From: Erysipelotrichaceae bacterium MTC7
GTDB lineage: Bacteria; Bacillota_I; Bacilli_A; Erysipelotrichales; Erysipelotrichaceae
DNA length: 32,000 nt
Reading direction: 5' to 3'
Assembly: GCA_001695645.1 (NCBI GenBank)
Contig: LVZN01000001.1
Span: forward strand, 150,001 to 182,000
Shown one piece after another: positions 25,882 to 32,000 of this stretch (the first letter of the stretch is position 1; the number at the start of each line of letters is the position of its first letter). Made by a program: the position numbers and the translations under genes. The notes under the pieces were generated by a model. That model worked only from the letters and a program-made list of their open reading frames with translations. It was not told where the DNA came from and did not search any database.

Positions 25882-27377
25882 CTTTGTTCCTCCAACTTCC
25901 GTAAAACTTGTTGTATTTCTTTTAGTACATCGGTTGGAAGTAAAGAGAACACACTCTTCCTTCGTTTGACCCGATCTCCCGCATAGGCATGTAAAAACAC
26001 CCCTAAGATGGCAGCTTGTTCTGCCTGTTTATTTTGTGCATATAAACCTGTGATACACCCGGCAAGCACATCACCACTTCCACCTTTTGCCAACCCGTTG
26101 TTACCATAGGTATTCACATACACATTTTGACCATGGAAAATCAAAGTCGTTTCACTTTTCAAAACCAACGTAGCTTTGGGATATTTCTCCATAAATTGAT
26201 TTCCCCAGTATAAAAAGTCATCAATAACTTCTTTTACACTAATGCCCATGATATCGGCAAATTCTTTTGGATGTGGCGTTAAGATGAGATGATCACGATT
26301 TGTATAATCCGCTTGGACTTGTGCAAACGCCCATAAGGCATCCGCATCCAAAACCAAAGGTTGATCACTATCAAGCAACATGCGCACCATCTTGACAACA
26401 GCATCATTGCGACCAATGCCACAGCCAGCTAAGATTACACTATAGCGATCCAGTTGTCCTCGTAAGACTTCTATGGCACCTTGACTAATCAATCCTGCAT
26501 CATCCGGTAAGGAGATAATCATGGATTCAAACACATTGGTTGCAATCACATCACGAATACTTTGTGGCACAGCACAAGTCATCATACCTGCTCCACTTCG
26601 TAAAGCACTTAAACTAGCCATTGTGATTGCCCCACTCATTTGCACACTTCCACCAACACAAAGCACTTTTCCATAATCGGCCTTGTTGGAGTGCATCAAA
26701 CGTTCTGGCAACAATGCTGCCATGTTCTTTTTCTCAATTAGAAAGATGTGGGATTCCACTTCATCAATATATACTTGTGGAATTCCAATGTCCAAAACAT
26801 GCACATCTCCTGCACATATTCGTCCTGGATAAATATACAATCCGACTTTTCCTGCTTGAAGCGTATACGTTGCTTTGGCTTCTATGGCAACTCCCAAAAC
26901 ATGTCCCGTGGCACTATCTACACCACTAGGAATATCAACAGAGACAATATCTATACCCGTTTCATTCATTTGTTCAATCATATCTTTGTACATTCCTGTA
27001 ACTTCACGGTCTAAACCGGTACCAAAAATACAATCGATAAGTAAGGTCGCTCCTTCAAAGTTATCAATGAATGGCACTCCAGCAATCACACAAGCTTCAC
27101 GATTTAATTGTGTTTCTACTGTCAACTTTTGCGTTTCTAATGGGTATACGAAAACCTCTTTATCAGCAGCATACAAATGACGTGCTAGCACGTAACCATC
27201 ACCACCGTTATTTCCACCACCACACACAATAATGATTTTTTCTTTTTCTTCTAATCTTTGCATGATGGCTTCAAAAAGTGCAAACCCGGCATTCTCCATA
27301 AGTTCTAAACTTGGAATCACACTCTCGATTGTCTTTACATCCACATCATGCATTTGTTTTCCCGTTAACAATTTCAT
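25878..27377 (-). CDS. nnr: Bifunctional NAD(P)H-hydrate repair enzyme (epimerase plus ADP-dependent dehydratase)
   Basis: YjeF-N motif CGGGNNGGDGYV. C-terminal carbohydrate-kinase motif AKGGSGDVLAG. I prefer the ATG at 27377 (MKLLTGKQM) over the TTG at 27395. Confidence 0.88.
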   Translation of the reverse strand: MKLLTGKQMHDVDVKTIESVIPSLELMENAGFALFEAIMQRLEEKEKIIIVCGGGNNGGDGYVLARHLYAADKEVFVYPLETQKLTVETQLNREACVIAGVPFIDNFEGATLLIDCIFGTGLDREVTGMYKDMIEQMNETGIDIVSVDIPSGVDSATGHVLGVAIEAKATYTLQAGKVGLYIYPGRICAGDVHVLDIGIPQVYIDEVESHIFLIEKKNMAALLPERLMHSNKADYGKVLCVGGSVQMSGAITMASLSALRSGAGMMTCAVPQSIRDVIATNVFESMIISLPDDAGLISQGAIEVLRGQLDRYSVILAGCGIGRNDAVVKMVRMLLDSDQPLVLDADALWAFAQVQADYTNRDHLILTPHPKEFADIMGISVKEVIDDFLYWGNQFMEKYPKATLVLKSETTLIFHGQNVYVNTYGNNGLAKGGSGDVLAGCITGLYAQNKQAEQAAILGVFLHAYAGDRVKRRKSVFSLLPTDVLKEIQQVLRKLEEQR

Positions 27378-27390
27378 AGTTCCATTATAC

Positions 27391-27420
27391 AACAAAATAG
27401 GGACAAATTGCCCCTATTCC
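27391..27420 (-). terminator. Terminator-like hairpin after the 139-aa hypothetical gene
   Basis: Minus strand has AATAGGG-gcaatttgt-CCCTATT followed by TTGTTG. Short stem and modest U tract. Confidence 0.45.
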
Positions 27421-27422
27421 TT

Positions 27423-27842
27423 TTATTGATGTAGATAGGACAACCAGTTGGAGTCAACCATCGCTTTAAGGTGTTTGCTGCTATAGCTCATTTCACCCGC
27501 TCCATCGATCATGACATAGAACACAACTGGTTCTCCTTCATAGATAAAACGTACCGTATATTTATAGTGTTTCTTTTTTAACTCAAAATGTTCAATTTGC
27601 ACTTTATAGTAAACAAAGGTTTCTTTTTCATCAATGGTTTGTAAGACCATGCGATCTGCACCAACAACCAATTTATAAGGTCGCTCCTCATAAGTGCTAT
27701 CATCTTTGCTTGGTTGCATAACGAAAGACAACAAACCTTTCTTTTTACCAAAACTTTGAAACACAATCATGGTATTTTGCGCCGGTTCGATTCCTTGACT
27801 TAAGGCAAAGTCATCCATTTCACTTTTTGTTGGTAGTTGCAT
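27423..27842 (-). CDS. Hypothetical soluble protein, 139 aa (no motif recognised)
   Basis: Intact ORF with SD AAAGGAGATG, 32 nt downstream of the membrane-protein gene and probably co-transcribed with it. Confidence 0.6.
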   Translation of the reverse strand: MQLPTKSEMDDFALSQGIEPAQNTMIVFQSFGKKKGLLSFVMQPSKDDSTYEERPYKLVVGADRMVLQTIDEKETFVYYKVQIEHFELKKKHYKYTVRFIYEGEPVVFYVMIDGAGEMSYSSKHLKAMVDSNWLSYLHQ

Positions 27843-27874
27843 GAGAACATCTCCTTTATCAATCCAATTATATC

Positions 27875-28516
27875 CTAATCACGTTTTAAGGCAAACTTAC
27901 GAATAGAGATTTTCCCATTTGTTTGTAGACGTTCAAACACTTGCACAAACATCGATACCAGCGGTCCTGTTGTAAATATACAGAAAATAGTTCCTAAACC
28001 AACGACACCACCCATAATAAATCCACTAACTAATAAAAAAACATCAACACCCATCCGTGCAACGCGAAAGCTAATTTTTGATTTTTCTTCAATATAATAC
28101 GCAATGGCATCAAATGGATTCATTCCTTGTTTGTAGATGATAAGCAAAGCATATGACAAACAAAGCACAAACTGGGCAATAATCACGATAAAGACTTTTG
28201 CCCCTACACTCATTAGTGCCAACTGTTGCAAATCAATGATATGACAGAAAAAATCGATGGCAAATCCTGCAAGTGCATTATATAAGATGGACATCCACCC
28301 CATTTTGTCGCGTGCCACAAGCAGCCCTAATGTAATAAATAGGATACTTGTAATACGTGATCCCCATCCTAGGGATACATGCAAACTCTTATGTAAACCT
28401 TCGTTGAACACCGTAATGGCATCACTCCCTAAACCAACACCAACAAATAGAGTACATCCAAGACCCAATAAAAGTACTGCAATAAGCAATACGATCCATG
28501 CTTTAACATCTTTCAT
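27875..28516 (-). CDS. Small polytopic membrane protein (about 6 TM; possibly YczE/DUF6198-like)
   Basis: 213 aa with hydrophobic segments throughout. N-terminal LGLGCTLFVGVGLGSDAITVFNEGL resembles YczE-type proteins from memory. SD GAAGGAGATG. Confidence 0.6.
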   Translation of the reverse strand: MKDVKAWIVLLIAVLLLGLGCTLFVGVGLGSDAITVFNEGLHKSLHVSLGWGSRITSILFITLGLLVARDKMGWMSILYNALAGFAIDFFCHIIDLQQLALMSVGAKVFIVIIAQFVLCLSYALLIIYKQGMNPFDAIAYYIEEKSKISFRVARMGVDVFLLVSGFIMGGVVGLGTIFCIFTTGPLVSMFVQVFERLQTNGKISIRKFALKRD

Positions 28517-28535
28517 ACATTCATCTCCTTCAACG

Positions 28536-28585
28536 AAAAAAAACCTACACCAAAAATAACTGCAAGGTTATCCTGGGTAGGTTTT
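28536..28585 (-). terminator. Intrinsic terminator/attenuator hairpin about 20 nt upstream of the membrane-protein start codon
   Basis: Minus strand reads AAAACCTACCCAGGATAACCTTGCAGTTATTTTTGGTGTAGGTTTTTTTT. The outer stem is AAACCTAC/GTAGGTTT plus CCA/TGG, the inner stem is ATAAC/GTTAT, and there is a U8 tract. Confidence 0.6.
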
Positions 28586-28703
28586 AACTTGTCTTACTCA
28601 TCTTTTACTTCTTAACAAGATGTAATTTAACATAGTTGTTTACGTTTGTAAACGAAAACAATAAAAAAGTTATCAATTATATGTAAGCGAATACAAAAAA
28701 TCG

Positions 28704-30338
28704 TTAAATATTTTGTATCGCCCTTTTCGCTAATGCTTGCAATGCTTCAGAAGCATCCCAAAAGAAGGCATCCCCACCAACAACTTTACTCACTTCACCT
28801 CGTTCTAGGAACGTTTTTACTTTTTGTTGGACCCCTGAGAAATACACACTTCCTCCATTTGCTCTCGTTTCTTGGCAGAATGTTAGAATTTCTTGGACAC
28901 CAGAAGTATCAATATTTGCTACACCACGCATCGATAAAATTAAATGTTTACTATTTGCATCTTTGATTTGATTAGCAAAGGACTCTGCTGTTCCAAAAAA
29001 GATAGGACCTGTAATGTAGATAACTTGTACATCTGTAGGCAGTTCGCCTTCTTTAAATTTAATACGTGAAGGATCCACATCGCTAATACTAACTTCAACA
29101 TTACTAGCTCGAACAACAAACAAGAACATCGCAATGAAACATCCCACTGCAATGGCTACAGTTAAGTCAAACAAGACAGTACAAACTAAGGTTACACTGA
29201 ACTTTACAATGGCTTGTTTGAAACGATGTGAAAATATATAACGAATGCTTTCCCATTCATTCATTCGCCAAGCGGTTACCATCAAAACTCCAGCCAGTGC
29301 TGCCATTGGAATTTGTGACATAAATGGACTTAACAAAAACATCGAAAGCAATAAGACAAGACCTTGAATCCAACCAGTCATTCGTGTTTTTGCCCCTGAC
29401 TTAATGGCTACACTTGTTCTAGCAATGGCTGCAGTTGCAGGTACACCTCCAAAGAAAGGCAAGATGACATTCCCAATTCCTTGGGCAACTAGTTCGCGGT
29501 CATTTTTCAGTTTCTCTCCACTCATTTTTCCAGCCACTGCTCCACATAGCAAACTTTCAATCATTCCTAAAGCAGCAATGGAAATTGCAGGCATCAAGAC
29601 GACATCCCAACGAACCCCAAAGAAATCATTTGGCACAAGTCGTAAGTTGTGAATTAGTGTTTGAGGGATTTCGCCAACCATTTGCACCGGAAACTTAAAC
29701 ATCATTTGCGCACCAATCATTAAAATAATAGATACAAGTGATGCTGGAACTTTAGCTCCCCATTTCTTTGGCCAAAGCATCATCAACACAATCACAAATA
29801 AACCGATACCTACTGCATAGATATTTGGTGATAGTCCATCTTTAAATATATTGATGACTTTACTTAGCGTTTCTTCTCCATGGCTACTTACACCCAAGAA
29901 GTTTTCCACTTGACCCAACGCAATAATTAAAGCGATACCTGAAGTAAATCCTGTAATAATTGGTTTTGGTAAAAAAGCAATCACACGACCCGCCTTCAGC
30001 ATACCTGCTAGTATCAAAAACACACCTGATAAAACACCTGCTACCAACACGGTTTTTACTCCATACTTTGAAGCTAATGGTATTAAAATTGCTGCCATTG
30101 CTCCAGTTGGACCCGATATTTGATACGACGCACCCGAAAACGTACCAATAATTACAGCAGCTAGTATTGCCGTAATTAATCCAGATGCCGCATCCATTCC
30201 ACTTGCAACCCCAAATGCCAATGCAAGTGGTAATGCAACTGCTGCAACCGTAATACCTGCAAGTGCGTCTTTTGTAAACTTACCTGCATTGTAACCCGCA
30301 AATTCTTTTCTTAAATCCTCAACGTACTCTCTTATCAT
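28704..30338 (-). CDS. SulP-family inorganic anion transporter with C-terminal STAS domain
   Basis: 544 aa. N-terminal DALAGITVAAVALPLALAFG motif, a multi-TM core, and a C-terminal STAS-like region (LILSMRGVANIDTSGVQ). SD TAAGGAGAA. Confidence 0.9.
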   Translation of the reverse strand: MIREYVEDLRKEFAGYNAGKFTKDALAGITVAAVALPLALAFGVASGMDAASGLITAILAAVIIGTFSGASYQISGPTGAMAAILIPLASKYGVKTVLVAGVLSGVFLILAGMLKAGRVIAFLPKPIITGFTSGIALIIALGQVENFLGVSSHGEETLSKVINIFKDGLSPNIYAVGIGLFVIVLMMLWPKKWGAKVPASLVSIILMIGAQMMFKFPVQMVGEIPQTLIHNLRLVPNDFFGVRWDVVLMPAISIAALGMIESLLCGAVAGKMSGEKLKNDRELVAQGIGNVILPFFGGVPATAAIARTSVAIKSGAKTRMTGWIQGLVLLLSMFLLSPFMSQIPMAALAGVLMVTAWRMNEWESIRYIFSHRFKQAIVKFSVTLVCTVLFDLTVAIAVGCFIAMFLFVVRASNVEVSISDVDPSRIKFKEGELPTDVQVIYITGPIFFGTAESFANQIKDANSKHLILSMRGVANIDTSGVQEILTFCQETRANGGSVYFSGVQQKVKTFLERGEVSKVVGGDAFFWDASEALQALAKRAIQNI

Positions 30339-30445
30339 ATTTATCTATTCTCCTTATAAACAAGAATTTCACCGCGTTCCATTATATATGGTTATGCATT
30401 GAAAGTAAATTTATGTTTACAGACCCTCCGTGTTTTCCCGACATA

Positions 30446-30477
30446 AGAAAAGCAACAATCTTTCGATTGCTGCTTTT
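30446..30477 (-). terminator. Rho-independent terminator after trpA
   Basis: Minus strand has AGCAGCAATC-gaaa-GATTGTTGCT followed by TTTCTTATG, directly after the TAA stop. Confidence 0.7.
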
Positions 30478-31245
30478 TTAGATAGCACTGACAAGGTCAT
30501 TGACATATTCATAAATTGCTTGGTTTGCACCTACTGGGTGTTGTTCACACAGTTTGACAATGGCACTACCTACAATCACCCCATCGGCTATTTTCGCATA
30601 ATCATGAACTTGTTGTTTTGCGTGAATGCCAAAGCCAATGGCAACAGGTACACTGGTTACTTGTTTGATTTGTTTTATGATGGTATCTAGATCAGTAGTA
30701 ATGTTATCTCTTGTTCCTGTTACCCCCAATGAACTAACTAGATAGACAAATCCCCGTGATTTCTTTGCCACTGCTTGGATTCGTTGTTTACTTGTTGGTG
30801 AAACAAGTAGAATTTGATCCACTCCATACCTTTCGCAATAACTCGCAATCTCCTCACTTTCTTCAAACGGAATATCAGGAATGATAATACCATCAACTCC
30901 GACTTGCTTGCATCTTGCAAAAAAGCGATCATATCCGTAGGCGTATACAGGATTGGCGTAGGTTAAAAACACGAGCGCAATTTGACTAACTTTGCGAACC
31001 TGTTCAACAATCGTGAACATATCTTCCGTTTTGATATCTTTATCAAGTGCGCGTATATTTGCTTGTTGAATGATTGGTCCTTCTGCTACCGGATCCGAAA
31101 AGGGAATTCCAATTTCTACAAGTGAAGCACCAGCCCTTTCCATCGCTAGTATGTTATCTACACTAGCTTGGATACCACCATCTCCTCCTGTGATAAACCC
31201 AATAAACGCTTTTTTATCTGCAAAAGCTTGTGCAATTCTACTCAT
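30478..31245 (-). CDS. trpA: Tryptophan synthase alpha chain
   Basis: [37 protein letters not shown] motifs. Start MSRIAQAF at 31245 overlaps the trpB stop by 8 nt. Confidence 0.92.
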   Translation of the reverse strand: MSRIAQAFADKKAFIGFITGGDGGIQASVDNILAMERAGASLVEIGIPFSDPVAEGPIIQQANIRALDKDIKTEDMFTIVEQVRKVSQIALVFLTYANPVYAYGYDRFFARCKQVGVDGIIIPDIPFEESEEIASYCERYGVDQILLVSPTSKQRIQAVAKKSRGFVYLVSSLGVTGTRDNITTDLDTIIKQIKQVTSVPVAIGFGIHAKQQVHDYAKIADGVIVGSAIVKLCEQHPVGANQAIYEYVNDLVSAI

Positions 31246-32000
31246 GTAAATCAACCCCCTTATATCGTGCAATTGCTGCAACATCTTTATCACCGCGTCC
31301 CGATAATGTCACAATAATACTATCCTCTTTGGATAAGGTTGGTGCAAGTTTCATGGCATAGGCAATAGCATGACTGCTTTCTATTGCCGGAATGATTCCT
31401 TCGATCCTTGATAAATAATGAAAAGCATCGACAGCTTCATCATCGCTAATGGCAACATAGGTTGCTCTTCCTACATCATGTAAATGTGCATGTTCTGGCC
31501 CAATGCCAGGATAATCAAGACCTGCAGAAATGGAGTATACGGGTGCAATTTGTCCCACCTCGTCCTGACAAAAATAACTTTTCATACCGTGAAAGATACC
31601 TTTTGGACTGTTGGAAGTGATGGTAGCTGCATGAAGTGTACTATCAATTCCTTTACCCGCTGCTTCACAACCAATCAAAGCAACATCTTCATCGTCAATA
31701 AAGTTGTAAAAACTTCCCATGGCATTACTACCTCCACCAACACAAGCAATGATTGCTTTTGGTAAACGTCCTTCCTTTTCCAATACTTGTTCCTTCATCT
31801 CTTGGGAAATAATTGCTTGAAAATCACGAACCATCATCGGAAATGGATGTGGTCCCATCACACTACCAAGTACATAATGTGTATCATCCATGCGACTTGC
31901 CCATTCACGCATCGTCTCATTGACTGCATCTTTTAAGGTTTTTGTCCCTGTAGTTACAGGATGTACTTTTGCCCCTAACAGTTCCATCCGATATACATTT
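31238..32000 (-). CDS. trpB: Tryptophan synthase beta chain, C-terminal part (5' end lies beyond the window)
   Basis: [33 protein letters not shown] motifs. The reading frame stays open to the window edge. Confidence 0.92.
   Translation of the reverse strand, partial: NVYRMELLGAKVHPVTTGTKTLKDAVNETMREWASRMDDTHYVLGSVMGPHPFPMMVRDFQAIISQEMKEQVLEKEGRLPKAIIACVGGGSNAMGSFYNFIDDEDVALIGCEAAGKGIDSTLHAATITSNSPKGIFHGMKSYFCQDEVGQIAPVYSISAGLDYPGIGPEHAHLHDVGRATYVAISDDEAVDAFHYLSRIEGIIPAIESSHAIAYAMKLAPTLSKEDSIIVTLSGRGDKDVAAIARYKGVDLHE

Noticed and set aside
27384-27395. TATAAT upstream of nnr as a confident promoter
   Set aside because: There is no acceptable -35 at 16-18 nt and no extended -10. It is reported only as a tentative leaderless candidate.
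25333-27429. Plus-strand ORFs opposite nnr and the PfkB-like gene (25333..25542, 25564..25869, 26627..26929, 26748..27014, 26875..27180, 27232..27429)
   Set aside because: They are antisense to confidently identified genes and have no translation signals.
28517-28703. T-box or a known riboswitch class upstream of the membrane-protein gene
   Set aside because: The region is too short for a T-box and has no T-box or specifier elements. I found no match by eye to purine, preQ1, guanidine, fluoride or ZTP cores. It is kept only as an unclassified leader.
31238-31987. Met at 31987 as the trpB start codon
   Set aside because: MELLGAKV is an internal TrpB segment. The frame stays open to the window edge, and the PLP-binding N-terminal half of TrpB is missing. 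The gene is therefore truncated by the window.
1-32000. Mobile elements, prophage, CRISPR-Cas, restriction-modification, toxin-antitoxin or other defence islands, and tRNA/rRNA genes
   Set aside because: I found no transposase, integrase, recombinase, nuclease or helicase-like ORFs. There are no long terminal inverted repeats or repeat-spacer arrays, and no cloverleaf-like or rRNA-like GC-rich segments. The content is housekeeping and metabolic throughout.

Overview
AT-rich, gene-dense chromosomal segment that looks like a strictly anaerobic low-GC Firmicute; an Erysipelotrichia- or Clostridia-like organism is my inference from gene content and SD usage, not a database hit. About 31 protein genes are present, almost all on the minus strand with strong GGAGG-type ribosome binding sites. 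I see no rRNA, tRNA, CRISPR array, transposase, integrase or recognisable defence genes.

Gene order in transcription sense, mostly right to left:
- trpB-trpA (end of a trp operon)
- SulP anion transporter
- small membrane protein plus small hypothetical
- nnr plus a divergent PfkB-like protein
- PFOR (nifJ-type)
- two tandem Cof-type HAD phosphatases
- yigZ (+ strand)
- three tandem DegV genes plus a 78-aa stand-alone glycyl-radical domain (GrcA-like)
- an LRR/internalin-like surface protein
- perR-rubrerythrin
- copA-csoR (+ strand) with a CsoR operator
- an orphan LytTR regulator
- a Crp/Fnr-family regulator (+ strand)
- an eight-gene operon: deoD-deoB-yjjI-yjjW-BMP lipoprotein-ABC ATPase-two permeases

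The most interesting item is the function-unknown YjjI-family glycyl radical enzyme and its YjjW activase, packed tightly between nucleoside phosphorolysis genes and a nucleoside-type ABC importer. This suggests an undescribed anaerobic radical step in nucleoside or pentose-phosphate metabolism.

Secondary items:
- a copA-copZ in-frame fusion that keeps an internal SD and ATG
- a catalytically degenerate PfkB-like protein translationally coupled to nnr
- a terminator-containing leader in front of a small membrane-protein gene
- several unexplained repeat or palindrome motifs in promoter regions

All functional calls come from reading motifs in the supplied translations. No searches were run.
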